From Balanoglossus misakiensis (taxonomy: Eukaryota; Animalia; Hemichordata): a DNA stretch of 64,000 nt. Position numbers and translations under genes: made by a program. The DNA lies in assembly GCA_040954595.2 (NCBI GenBank), contig CM082578.2, positions 14,616,998 through 14,680,997 on the forward strand, in the 5' to 3' direction. Positions within the stretch are counted from its first letter, which is position 1, and each line of letters begins with the position of its first letter. The notes under the pieces were generated by a model. The model was not told the DNA's origin, ran no database searches, and saw nothing but the letters and a program-made list of their open reading frames with translations. Shown piece after piece: positions 36,901 to 51,220 of the stretch.

Positions 36901-39900
36901 TCAAACACCTTGTGAAGACTGAAGTTTATCGAGTCACCTGCTAGATTTATGGCTTTTTGTTAAAGTGTGAATGTTAACTACAGTATCCAGACGGAATTTT
37001 AACAAGAATCCGAGGAAACAACGTTTACTGTACACACAGCCTTAACTTTCCCCCATGAGAGACGCTGCATTCAAAAGGACTGGTATTATGCGGTAGCCAA
37101 GGCCGAGAGTTCATCTAACGAAAATAAACGATGTACAAGATCACTCAACGGTGGCGATATTGTTTGATTAAGTTATAAGTGAAGTATAACATCGTGCGTT
37201 TATTTTCAACTCCAAGTGCGACGACTCGGTTGCGCGTCTGTATATGGGAATTCACTAATGTTTATGGTTCTTCTGACATCTCAACATGTCCCCAGCGGTT
37301 CTTAAATATACGCCGAGCTATTATCGTCTGTATCCATGGTGACAGGTTCATGTCAACCGCTGAAGGCGAAAATTATTTTCGAAACTACAATCAGAGTACA
37401 TGTGGTTATTTCTCTAGCGGCTTTGGAATTTCCCTTTATATTTCCTTATTTACAGTTACGTTATAAGCGTCTACAGTATTAAATGACGTACTAAAATTTG
37501 ATAACTAATCAAGCGTTCCAAACACGAATAATGGATAAATGAACCATTTGCATATAATCTGACAGATGGTGCGCAACTAATGCCAAATCTCGCGGGAGTT
37601 CCCGAAAAGTCAGCGGATATAAATAACATTGCTAAGCACCCTGCTAAAAGTATCCTGCCAGAAGTGACTGCACATTACCTTGCAAAAAGTGTCTAATTAT
37701 CAAGGTTTAACATTTGTAATGGTATTAAAGGTCCCCCTCCCCCAAATATATGTAGACTGTGTTTTCTTTGCTGTAAAATAGCGCTTGTAGAAGCGCGGCG
37801 TGAACTCAGCTAAGCATGGGCACCACGTGTACCAGAACAAAAGATGAGAATGGTCAGTGAAAAATTATGTCATCGAACACGCCTATATTCATGAGCAGGG
37901 TAGATTACGTCATCGATTAAGAGATTTGCCCATGGGCAGATTATATTATCATCTTCCTGACCAATTTCCTGGTTTCTTTTAGCAGAACTATGAACAACCT
38001 TTCCAGAAAAATAAAAGCACGGAATTCTAAAGCAACGTCAACAGAATGGTGCGCGAACCTTCGGACAACTATGCGATTTATGGTGACATTGAAATTTCTC
38101 ACTCGCATCGATCATTGGGCAAATAAATTTCCCGACGGAGGCCATGCCACATTTTTGCGTCTGACGTCTGTGGTGGCCAGTGCCAGGTCTTTAAATAATT
38201 CATTCGCAGTTGAGCAATATAAAATTAATATGGAGAGATCAAGGAACATGATATCTATTCATCAGACAAACTCTCGTATTTCTGCGGCCTATATGGGGAA
38301 ACAATGTCACCATACGGCGACTTAGTTAATTGATGAAACATTAAATATAACGGTGATGACAAATTCAATGAATTTTTACAATAAAAATATAAAATGGCGA
38401 GAATCCAAGTCTCACATTTAATTGTAAAAAAAAATTTGAATTTGTCATCATCGTTATCATGATAAACCGACAGCTTCAAGAAAATTCAGCAGTCTGCGAT
38501 TTGCAAATATGTTTCTGCGCGGAGTATTTTTTCTTGCAGTGATTATTTGCTTTCCGATTTTTATTAAGGGAGGAAGACATCGCATTCTATGTCGCCAAAA
38601 AAGTTGAATTTATGGGTGTCTAGATAGTTAAACCTCAAGAACGCCGCTGCGACCCAGGGTCACAATAAACTACATTCACACCATTAATCACATTCATCTC
38701 TCACTAGAGGTCAAAGTTCAAAACGCGCAAAAAATAGTATATTATTTTCGCTGTGGTTCGACTGCACTAACGACGTAGCACATCGTCCTCTAACAAGGAG
38801 TAGACTGCTGGGTGTTTTAGACTAACAGTGTTTATCTTGATTGGAAATATCACTGGCGGAGAGAGCAGAAAGAACTTACGTATAGTTAATAGATGTAAAT
38901 CAATAATATTTAGATGTTTTCAATAAGGAGACTCTTCTGTCAATATTTCTGCTCAATCAATCGAGAAAGTAACAAATGTATGGGATATTATGCAAATACA
39001 CGTAGTAGTTAATATACTGTTGCCCGGAGCCTGACTTTTTTGTTTTCATTTGTTTGATTACAGTGGTAGATGAAGACATAGAGACTCTGAAGAACAAGTT
39101 GAAAGTGAAAAGCATCGATTTGCGTTCCTATAGCAACCAAAAGGCCCACCACACCGACGATTATGACGTGTATAATGTGGTTCTGCGTCGTGGACAACAA
39201 TTTGAAATCAAAGTTGGATTCGAGCAGCCCATCAAGCTGGATGAAAATGAGTTGTATTTGGTGATAGGACTTGGTGAGTAAATGTTTCGGTGTCTTACCC
39301 ATAATTCCCTTCGCTGTTGCCAAGTAACACATCAAATGATATCATCGAATACAATGTAGGCCTACATGTTCTATCAATGAAACCTGTGTTCCCTGATGGG
39401 CGTGGGATTTCCACTGCACTGCAGGTCCCTTCCATCACCACCCTTTCCCAGATCATTACAAAATGTAAACAACTGAATCCCTGGCCAATTGGGTCCGTAA
39501 GTTTGCACGCTACTAATGCAAAACAAGGAAAAGATATTCGATATGAGTAAAACCGTGAAATTAAAACGATATCCATTCCTTGCACCATTTTGTGAAAACT
39601 GGACAACAAGTGAACCCTGGAAATTGGCCCATTTCAAAAACTCATTAAAATGTCACAGCAGTAAGTCCAGATGTCTGCTTGAATTAAGGGTTTTATTTCT
39701 GTTTGAAATTTAATCTAATCTTCCATCCCGCCAGCGAAAAATTTTAATATCTGAAAATGTCCTCTCCCCCCCCCCCCGGTGGTATGTCCGCATTGCACTC
39801 AGTTTCCACGCAGCAACTACTACTCCGCAACGAGCGCACGTTTTCCATAGTATAGTGCAACTTTACAAGGCTACAGAGTCGGTAACACGGGAGAAAACAG

Positions 39901-42900
39901 CGAATTTTGTTCTGGCGATGCAGTGGTCTTCGCGCCAAATTTATGCGTTTTCGCCACTTGGCTTTTATCGGTAACACACTGGTAATGGTGTGGAATTTTA
40001 CGACACGCGGCGTACCACGTGACCCGAACCAAGCTTTAAGTTACACGATCCGCGGACCTAGTTATTTGGGCGTGTACAGTAAGGCGCTACTGGTTTTCAA
40101 AGTTTGCACAGAGTTAGGTCAATATTCCTTTACATTTCGATGGCATTCTACGTAAAACGGGCGTCCTATATTCAGATCAAATAGTGTAAGATACATTTCA
40201 TTTCATTTCATTTCAGAATAAAACAATAATTGTATAATATATTGTGGTGATGAGCCAGGGCAACTCATTAAGTTAATACATTTCTCCTCCATTATGATCA
40301 CATGTGTTTTCAAATAACGTAATAACAGAATAATCGACAGTTTTAACCACGTTTTGTGATCTCTTTTCACTGTTACATGTACTTTACTTTCCCCAAAATC
40401 ACTCACAGTTCGACAGCCTTGACCCATCAAACCACTCAATTTGCCATGCACGATTTGAACTTTTTTACGGCCCGCATCGGATAGGTTTGACAAGTTTGGT
40501 CTCCACCCAATTGATGCAGAAGATTCCCAGATTAATGGTTAGTGTCAGCGTGACCAACCTCTTCCAGGGATATCGGTTTTCCAGATTAAAATTCCACCCA
40601 ACCACCTTGACCCACTTAAAACAGATTTCAGGAGCAATTTACGTTGACACTGGTATGCCCATATTGTTGTGCCACAATCCGGGCTTGACTTTTTCAACCT
40701 GACCCAATTGTGTCATGAAGCCCGAAGAAGTCTCTCTAGTCGCCCTTCTTCTAGAGTAAACCGAATTCAGTCAATAAACAATGCATATATTTGGCAGCAC
40801 TACCTCTGACATTGTCTGATACTAGTAATTTAAGAGAAATTCCGATATTAACACTTTCATTCGTGTATAGTTACGAAGAAGACTAATAAAAGTAACCACT
40901 GCTAAATCGATGCATAGAATGAAGGATTTCATCTTCCGTCGCAAGACGCTATGCTTTACAATCGGTAAAGACAGCCTCGCTTATCCACCCATACTGAAGT
41001 TTGAGACAAACTATCGGTTGGGTGGGGGCGGAAGTGAAGATGCTTCCAAGTGTCTCTGAAGAAAGGGTCACACCAAATACAAGCTATAGGGCTACCGGCA
41101 GACCAAAGTGTCTCAGACTGTTTTTACACACCCAAAACTTTGAGTGAATTATGTGCCATCTACGCTGATAATTCATGGTGGTGTACACAATCTGGAAGAT
41201 ATAAACTATCAACAGTAGTAGAAGTCAAGTCGGTTATTCTTGATGACTACCAACAGATACTCTCCACGGTTATTTACAGCCTACCACAATCGGGGTCGTG
41301 TTATAGGTCACGTACGCAATAAAGGTTATGACAGTGGAAGATTCTTTCTGCTATACAGTGAAGTAGACTTTGTATTTCTGAATCGCCGCGACTTCAAACA
41401 ATTTGGTCAATAACGGCGCTACGTTAACATACGGATGCCCGTTTGGAAATGATCAAATTGACAATGTGTAGAAACTATCGGGCCTATAAACCACGCCCAG
41501 CGACGTTTCTGCTCTCTGTTAGACATAAACCAAGATTGTTTCGGTGACTTTGTACACAGTTTACGACATTTACGATATTTAGCGACCTACTCTGGCGACC
41601 TATTTTGTCCCGAGTAGTTTGCAGTTGTAGAACAAAACAGGCTTTGCAAGCAATGGCCGAATCTGGCAGCTCTTATTGCTGTAGTCTCTAACATCTGTTG
41701 GAATGTTTTGGGTCACGGGCAGGTTACTTATAAATATTTAATCTCGTCTCTTTAACAGGTGAATCTCCAAAAGTGACCGACGACACACGTATCAACATTC
41801 CCCTCGGTTCCGCCGTGAAAAAGTGGCGAGTGACCGTACTCGGGGTGAAAGATGAAGAGATATCGCTGCGGATACAATCGCCAGCAGACGCTCCAGTCGG
41901 CAAACTAAACATCGGAATTGGCGCCATGCTGAAACCATCAGACGACCCGTTGCAGTGGAAGTACGTCAATCTATACGAGCATGACGAGCACCTGTATCTG
42001 CTGTTTAACCCCTGGTGCCGAGGTGAGGTCAAGGGTCAAACTAGAGCCAATACTATTGGAAGGGAACACTCCGTTCCGATTGGGACTTGGGCGCCACCCC
42101 GGGGGCGCCACTCCCTAAACTTCACGGCATATTCATACATTGTTACGTGTCGCCTTTCTCTGGAAATATGTTTTCGTCTTTGATCAAGTGTCAGATTTCA
42201 ATATTAATACAGTATCAGTTGTTTGATGTAATGTCGTAGCAGGGAGTACAGAGAGAAACTGCCAAAGTTCAGAACTAATATCTGGTCTATTACTGTACGA
42301 CCTATGTGTAATTTATCTAACCGAATTCTGTGGTATCCCGTGCATCAAACTACTTTCGAGTTTCTCGACTTTCCGGGTTTCGTTGATTAACATGTGTTTC
42401 CTCATCACACATCCTTGACTAACACATGTATCACAGATGCAAATTATGACATAAAATCGGCCGACTATTGAAGTTGGAACAAATGTCAATTTTGTACAAA
42501 TACTAAATAGATGTCATGATTATCCGTCCAATGACACAATTCATTACAGATGACACAGTCTTCCTTGACAACGAAGAGTCCAGACAAGAATACGTCCTCA
42601 ATGATGGCGGCATCCTGTATGAGGGTTCCTATAGCAACCCAAAACCACGTCCTTGGAATTTCGGACAGGTAAGAAGACATGAACACACGTACAGGACTCG
42701 TCGAAATTCTGTGATTGTTAACTTTCCCTCAATTTAGTATTATATCTTACAGCAAGCACATCGACTTCTCTTATTCCAAACCATACAGCGGGAATCGCGC
42801 CCTTTGTGAGTGTCGGACGAGTGAAATAACGATTTGTATAAATTGATTACCGAATAAAATCAAACCGGCGGCCTAAAGCTTTATCTAATTGTCTCGATTT

Positions 42901-45900
42901 TAGTTCGATACGTTCGTCGTTTTGGCGACTTTCCATCTATTGGAAACGGGCCTGAGCATTCCAGCTCGCTCCAGTTCAGCCAAAGTGGCCCGTGCAATGT
43001 CAGCTATGGTAAGTGCATTTTCTATTTCTACTCTTCGACATGTACTCTAATATTAACTGTATTATTTTCTAGGTAGTTCGCATAAATCCACTTTTCCCGT
43101 GACCCGTGTTTGTTTTTAAATAATGTAATTGTCTTTAAAACGATCGATTCTCATAATACATTGAAAGTGCAAAAATGCAACGAACTATGCCCATTGATCT
43201 GGGAGAATAAAGTTATTTTTTACAGTTGATTAAATAACGTGAAGGATTAATTAAACAATATGTATGAGTATGTGCATATCACGTGACAAGAGCGAGCTAC
43301 ATTATTGGAACATGGAAACATTGCAAGACGCTGTTTGAAGGTATAAAGATCATATCGTAGTCATGGTGATTATTACGTGTATTTTCTTTCATTCTGAAAG
43401 GTTAATTCTCAAGATGATGACGGTGTCCTAATTGGCAATTGGTCTGGTGACTATAGCGACGGCAAGACGCCGTCCGAATGGGCTGGAAGTGTGGAAATAT
43501 TGTCCACTTACAAGACAAGAGAGAAACCTATCGGATATGCGCAGTGTGCTGAATTTTCAGGCGTACTTACGTCAAGTGAGTAACCTCGATATTGTGTCGT
43601 AAAGAGGACAGTGATTTACGACGATGCCTTTATCTGGTTGTATGGGTGCTGCATTGGCAATGAATGCCCATTCTCGCGAGCCAGAGTCTACAACTCTGAA
43701 ACTGTTGCCGTAAAGAGGTCGTAGTTTGCGACGATGTGAATGCCAATGCAAGCGACAGTAAATAGTTTAGTACATGGTTTGTTTAGAATGACTACTACTT
43801 GAGAGATTGAGGGTTGGATTTAGTAGCCATAATAGGGTCCTGGCTTCAAGTTAAAATTAGCAACAGATAAGCTATCTCATACTCATACTCCACAGACAAA
43901 TTTGGAAAGCCTCTTTGTATGCCGATTACAATACAAACGGTTAATTTTAAAACATAGTTCAGAGCCCTATTGTAGGACATACACCAGCACAGTGATGGAG
44001 GGACTGTTGCCGAAAAACTATTAGTGTTACCAAACTAAACATAGTACATGTATTATCACTATTTTTGAATAGCGACATACTTCCCTAATTTAATCTGGTG
44101 ACCATGGAAAATTTAGAACTAGTATCATCACGATAACAGAGTAGATTCCAAAATTGGGTCTCGTACGTGTCTCTCTGATGGCAGTCGGCCATTCTTGACC
44201 AGATAAAGCGTCGTTATATTGCACAAAACAGTTTGACAGACTATCATGTCTCGAGTCATCGTCTGACTCAAAGATAAGCTCGATATCTTCGCGGTATCTT
44301 TATTATGATTAATGGTCATTAATGATCTTATTTGCAGTTTTAAGATGTCTTGGCATACCCACACGTAGCGTGACGGCGTACAGCTCTGCCCAAGATACAG
44401 ACGGCAGCATGACCGTTGATGTGCACTGGAATCAAAACTATCAGCCCTACGCCCAGTACAACACCGATACCGTCTGGTAAGCCTGGGTGATGACACCCAT
44501 GCTATTCAAGCATGCGTGCATGCATTACCTCAATCCAGTTCGAACTGTGCCCTTTGACACGTGTTTCTTAATGCAGCCGTCAACAGCGGCGTAAGTTCAG
44601 AACTTGTCTCGAACAGATACATTGATAAATGGATATGTGCTGAGAACTTGCACAACAATTATCATGAATCTAACCAAAAGGCCAAATACCAATTGTTCAG
44701 TTGTAGTTAACTTTGCTGATGTACGACCATTCCGCAAAACATTTCAAAGCATCTTCAATTCGTAGAAAATTCCATCGAAATACTAACCTAGACAGGATGG
44801 GACTTTTGACATTCTTCTAGTGCCTAACATTTGTCTCATCGTAAGATCTGCATTTGTTGTGCATTTTTAAAATAGAAATTACGTATCATAAAATGGCACC
44901 AAATCCAGCACGCAAAAATCAATGTCTGTAAAACATATCTCATATTTTTCGTAAACAGTCTGTGACAAACAGAAATACTCCCTGGCCTCGTAACCATTGA
45001 CTTCTTTGAGGTTATTGACCTTTGACGGCAAAGCCAACCAGTAATTTGTTATCGTATACGAACAATGGCACGTGTTAAGGCTAAGACACCTAACTATAAT
45101 TACATCCAAATGACCCTGTGGCACGAATAATATTCCAAACACGTCACTTGTTTCTCAACTTATCACGAAAACAAAAAAATAAGTTCATATAAAATCCGAA
45201 TCCCGAAGTTGTGATGACAGCTGCATCTCCATGTACATGTGCTTTGAAATCGTGTTCTTTCTCTTTATGAGACTCATGGCAATGCAATTTGAAATACGCG
45301 TTTAGCTAATGTTAACTGTAATGGTCAACTCATATAGAAATATTAAAACGCGACAATATGTATATTTTCCTGTGTATCACAAATGTCGATCGACGTGGCG
45401 ATCAACGCCTATCACGTAGCGATAGGTAAAAATGTTACTTAACAAATGTGTTTAAAAGGCCACATTGACGTAATTATTTTAGTTTAGTGACATAAATACT
45501 AAAGCGACGATGTTGGAACATTTGATACGGCGTAACCTATGGCAGTTGCACAGACTGTATGACTAGCAATTGAAACTACACAGTTGGTTTCTAGAGAACA
45601 CAATCTTGGTCAACGTTTGCACAAATATATGAAGTTATTATGAAACTCACTCTTCAGTAGTTACACATCTTCAAGGTTGAGTGTGGAATTTTAAAGATCA
45701 GATGGGAATACAATATTCGCAGTTTTCAGGAATGTATGTTAACAATAACTAAAGTAAACAATCATTTAATATTTTGAAAGTTATTTTAAGCCGTACGGAT
45801 TCTTTTCGCATCATTCCTCCCCCCTCCCCCAGGGTCTTCCACGTCTACAATGAGTGCTACATGGCTCGTCCTGACCTGCATAAGGGCAAGAAGTTCAAAG

Positions 45901-48395
45901 GGTGGCAGGCAGTGGATGGAACACCCGCTGAACGTAGTGACGGTAAGGGAGTTCGCAATGTATTACTCGACAGCATCATCAAATTGTGTGTTTTCTACAG
46001 AAAAGTAAAGCTTAAAAATAATGCACTAAGATACTATGGGTATATTACTAAAGCCTATCTGGTATAAACCGTGATTCCGTTAAAATAACGTTTATACGCA
46101 TCTCTTCAGGAGTATACCAAACCGGTCCTGCACCCATCAGTGCTATAAAGCGAGGTAATGTCACCCTCAAGTATGACACGGAGTACGCCTTTGCCATGGT
46201 GAATGCAGACCGCGTTCACTGGATGATCCAGGAATCTAACGGCCAAGTGTTCGACAAGAGGATAATTCACAAGGAGCCCAACAGTATCGGCCGAAGAATC
46301 ATCACAAAAGCCGTCGGAAGTGACGACATCGAAAACGTGACGTCAATTTATAAGCACAGCGAAGGTACATACGAGTCCCAAATAAAGACTTTGTGATACG
46401 ATTCATAGTAGCTCAGAAGCATAAATAAATACAATAATAGAACACATTTCGCTGCTTCTCAGTTTAAAAATTTAAACTGGTGCAACTTATATATATTTCA
46501 ACAAACCAGGCCGTCATATTTCCCCTTTTCATTCCCCCACAAATTCTTGACTCAACAGGTTCTAAAGAGGAACGCCGAGCTGTGTCAAACGCCAGCTCAC
46601 ATGGCACGGTGCACAAGAAGTACTTCGAGCAGACCAAGGGCAAAGACTTCGACATGAAGCTGAAGTTCCCCGGTAGTATAAAAATTGGCGAGGATCTCAA
46701 CCTGAAGGTGCAACTGAGAAATAAAACGGACGTCGAACAGCAAGTAGAAGTATACTTAGAATGTTATGGTGCATATTACACAGGTGTGTTGCAAGATCTG
46801 TGTAAGAAAGAGAAACTGGAAATTACCGTACCACCAGGACACAAGGGTAAGCTTAAAGGCCCATATTCTATAGATTATATTATTGGGAAACATGCGCAAA
46901 ACATGTGCATAAGATATGCCCCTTTAAGCACCAAACCAAAAATCGCGTCTAGCCATGAAAGTACAGGCCATAGGACAACATTATTCTCTTCTTTTTGTTC
47001 TCTATTGTAGCTAAGAGCAAAGTCAGCCCGAAGGATAAGATCGTTTCTGGTGTCGTCACCGCCGTCGGGAGTCTGCGTAGAACTTCGCAGCCAGCACCCG
47101 AACCCATTGGAAGTACGTTTTAGTTGGTCATCGTCTTTTTCTACCTTTAACAAATTGAGAGTTTGATAAAAATTCTAATGATATCGACTTAAACTTATTT
47201 GCTACTCCCGGCTACAGAGGGCGCTATACCCCATTCAGTTTCGGGAGTTGTGCTCGTCTGTCTAGAGTGTCACGGGAACTTTCAGGAAAAATAAATTAAT
47301 AATGACGAATATTTTTGTCGTATTTTATCATGGGGAAAATATTCATTCTTGTCACGTTTTCTTTCAGTTGTTGACGTTCCTCTGACGGTCTACTTCGAGG
47401 ATTACAAGTCTTTTATTTTGGATCACACTGCACTGAAATTTTTCGTGGTGGCCGTGAGAAAAGACCCTCAGCGCCATGAAATTGCTCTGCAAGATGAAAT
47501 CATGCTGCAAACACCATCACTGAAAATGACAGTAAGGGCATTTATCTTTTTAAGTTTAATTTCATTAATTTAATGTTACATTGACCATCAATGTTGCTGT
47601 GGTCTGAGTTATTTTTGTAAATGAACTGCAAAATTGTCACAAATTGGCCTGGCAGTTTCATTGGTAACTACATATAGATGCTTTATATTGATGACCTTCA
47701 CATGGCCCTAATTGATCTTCACATCCCTATTTGCTTGTGTTTCCAAGCAAATAGTGTGTCCAATGTTCAAAACAGCCATTGAGTTTGAATTTGATTGGTT
47801 GACGCAATTTGTTTCTTTAAGGTTGCAGATCCTTCCAAACTAAAGAGGGATGAAGAATTCACAGTGGATATCTCCTTCACCAATCCACTTCCAATCTTTC
47901 TAACTGATGTCAGATTTGGTCTGGAAGGACTTCGATTCCAACAAGCAAAGGTTATCCAACATGGGTGAGTCAAGTATTACTTGAATGCATAAAGCAACTC
48001 CTGCAATTGACTCTATTTTTATAACCATGTGTAATAAAACTACAAAACTCACTGATGGGCTTTGCCTTTGTTTTTGAGACCAACACGGTTTTCATTGATC
48101 TGCCCAGCTAAATTAATCACTTTATTTCAGTAAAAGCGCTCATACACAATACTATCAAGCCCTGTCAATAGACTATAATAACAGGCAGTTTTGCCACTCG
48201 ACTCACCTTTGAAAACTGCACCATTCCTGAATTACATCCTTTGATTTCTGCAGAGATATTGGTCCAGAATCTGATGTCAAGGTCAACTTCAATCTGACTC
48301 CAAAGCTGGCTGGAAGCAAGGTTCTGGTTGCAACCCTACACACCAAAGAATTGCATGGAATTAGTGGAGCCATAAGACTGGAAATACAACTCTAA
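33964..48395 (+). CDS. Transglutaminase-family protein (~1106 aa) with ~400-aa acidic N-terminal extension, 13 exons
   Basis: Phase-compatible exons 33964-35170, 39064-39273, 41759-42022, 42550-42668, 42904-43008, 43401-43575, 44338-44476, 45833-45942, 46110-46364, 46559-46846, 47368-47531, 47822-47964, 48254-48395 (3321 nt). Motifs: [69 protein letters not shown]. Joining exon 1 to exon 2 is inferred from phase. Confidence 0.9.
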
Positions 48396-51006
48396 TTCCG
48401 TACGCTACCTCAGTTTCCAAGTTTTCATTGCTGTCCATTAGACAGTTATTTATTGGATGATATCAAATATGAAGTATTTGGTGTGTGAGTAGAAAAAAAA
48501 TGCATCAGAAAATGTAGACACTTGGCTTTTTAGAGGCTGGTATTATCGCGATAAAATAAGCCAAAAATGAGATGCTTTGGTGCTATGCCATGAAGTTCAG
48601 AAAAACAAATTTGAATTGAAATTTTTAACTTCCACTTGCTAATATCAATGAAAAGGAAAAAAGATTTTAAAAAAGTTAGTCATGAACAAAGATAGCTGGT
48701 AAGAAAATTCATTGAAAGTGTAAAACAATTCATCGGTTTTAAAATGGCAAACTTTAACAAGGGGGCAAAATTATTGTTCTTTGTAAGTGTTTTCGAAAAA
48801 ACACTACAGTGTGTTCATGGAATTTAGTGTTATTTGTATGCAAGTCTGCACTCTGACTGAATGTATTTCATGTCTGCAACTTCATGTTTTTGTCACTGCA
48901 CAACCAACTGTACTGTGATTGTAATTGCACTGTGACTGTCACAATTCTAAGTTCTTTTCCTGATGAATAAATAAGTGGACATATCAGTACAAAGCTAAGT
49001 GAAAAAAATAATGTGCCTTTTCCGGCCAACATTTCTGGTAACATGCCCAAATACCCATAGACAGATGGGTACAGGCCTGAGATGGTTAATAAACGTCTTG
49101 TATTGTATAGCTCAAAACTGGCATTTTTACATTTTTATGTACTTAAGTTGAGGTTCAGCACTTAATACCAATAGCATTATTATTTATGTAACTTAAAATT
49201 ATTTAGTAGCTTGTTTGAAAACTCTATGCATTCACCAACAAAATGTTTGCAGCATTAACAAAGACTGCAGACAATATGAGTGGATTTCCAGTGAAATCCT
49301 TCTATTCAGATATGTTACTGTCTTTTGAACTTCCCAGGTAAGTTTTACTGTTTTATGATTAACAAATTTATAATTACTTGCAGTTTTTGTTATAAACTAA
49401 GTCAGTATAAATGTGACATGGTCGTCATCATTGCTGGTGATAAAGTCCTGCAATATTCAACTAAGTTTGAATTGCCCAGGACTGTACCATTTCTTGCCAA
49501 GTCTAATATGTACTTTTAGTCCTATATTGGTACCTGATCATGTTAGTGATATTTAAAGACAATCATGATATAAATTGTATGTAAAATAATGGTGTTTTAA
49601 TCTACTGTGCATTTTTACACCCGAAAAAATGGTTGGTCATTCGACACGATCCATTCTTTTAGTGACACAAGATGAACAATGTCTGTTAATCTGTGCTTCC
49701 ATGATTGACACCCATTTTGCTGTTTATCTAGCATATTCAGGGATCTTATTCTAATCTTATTATTATCAGTGATTTAAACTACTGTAGTTCTTGTAATACG
49801 TTACTTTTTCTTCATTAGAACATAGCTTCATGTACTGCCATGATGTGATTTGAAATAAAATAAAAAACTTTTTTTGCAAGATATCTAGCATTCCAATCAT
49901 TCTTCACCGACACAAAGCCATGGATGGCCATGACATATTGCATTTCAAATTCATTTACACATTCTAGTCTACTGCGTGATCAACATCAAAGCGTACACAG
50001 TGGCATGTTCATGTTACATTCATCATTTTAGTTTCCAACAACAGCAATGTCTGTACTCACCTAAAATTTACGTTTGCCTGTTATACAAGTGGTGAATTTC
50101 AATGAGTGAACAATGTGTTGGGGTGTACCCCAATATATGGACACCATGCAGTCTCATGGATACTTGTATCTATACACTATGTACATGTCACCTGAAAAGA
50201 ATCCAAAAGAAATATGATAAACTGATGTTTCTGCACATCAACAATTTATTAAATAAGTTTTTTTTTACAATTACATAACAGCACTGGTATTTACCTCAAC
50301 ATGCTTTGAGAATGGGGGTTAAAATTTAAGCTTGATCATTTATGGTGGTAGGAGTGAGCCCTCTATGGTCAATGTGAGCAACACTGAGGGGGTTACCAAG
50401 CTGGAGGTTACCCATGTCAACTCTGAAACCTGTGTTACTGTGTGTTGGTGAAGCAGAGTTAAGTTAAGCCAGTGCTCACTCTCTGGCTGGTCAATGATCT
50501 GCCATATCTTGTCATTTTCAACCCTGCTTATAAGTGAGATATAACACACAGGCAGCAGGGGATTGGGAAACAATCCTCATGCAATATGACAAAAATTAAG
50601 AAACTTAGTCAATCTTTTTGCAGTGCGTTTTTATTTTCCAATAAAACACTATTTCCCAAGAGCAGGAGAAAGAAGTATCACATTTGTCAATCTTATAAAA
50701 GATGTGCTGATTCTTGGCTGGAAAAAAATCAGTTGTACATTGTATTCACATGATAACTATTAATACATATGTATGTGAATTTAGATGCTCATTGCTCCAC
50801 AGCCCACCAACCACAATCTTGTAATGACACATCACAATTTTCACGCTCACTTGTCCTTTCATCTGAACATCATAATTAAGATTCTTAATATATTATTAAT
50901 AAACTGATCATAAAAGTTATCAAAGAAAAAATGTAGTATGATTTTGTACACTTTGTCTTGTATATTGTATTTGCTATAAAGTTACTGTAAAAGAAATACA
51001 TGACGT

Positions 51007-51083
51007 TCCAAAATGTCTAGATATGATTATGTTTAATATTATCACTCCAAAATGTCTAGATATGATTATGTTTAATAGTATCA
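51007..51083. repeat. 39-bp tandem duplication in the CYB561D2 3' region
   Basis: TCCAAAATGTCTAGATATGATTATGTTTAATA(T/G)TATCA present twice (starts 51007 and 51046). Confidence 0.9.
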
Positions 51084-51220
51084 TTATAAAGATATAAGAA
51101 AAACACTGGATTATACTGACAAATTACAACAAAACTTGATAAAGTTGACATTTGCCATTGTGAATTTTGTCTGATTTATAAATATGTGAGCTCAGTACTT
51201 AAAGAGAACAGCAGATCTTC

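Noticed and set aside
37560-38325. Possible alternative promoter/first exon in transglutaminase intron 1 (TATAAATA ~37618; ORF 37990-38325)
   Set aside because: No convincing phase-1 donor to join exon 2 and no recognisable protein; needs RNA data.
39760-40160. CpG-rich intronic patch as an RNA gene or SINE
   Set aside because: No tRNA A/B boxes, terminal repeats or target-site duplication that I could identify.
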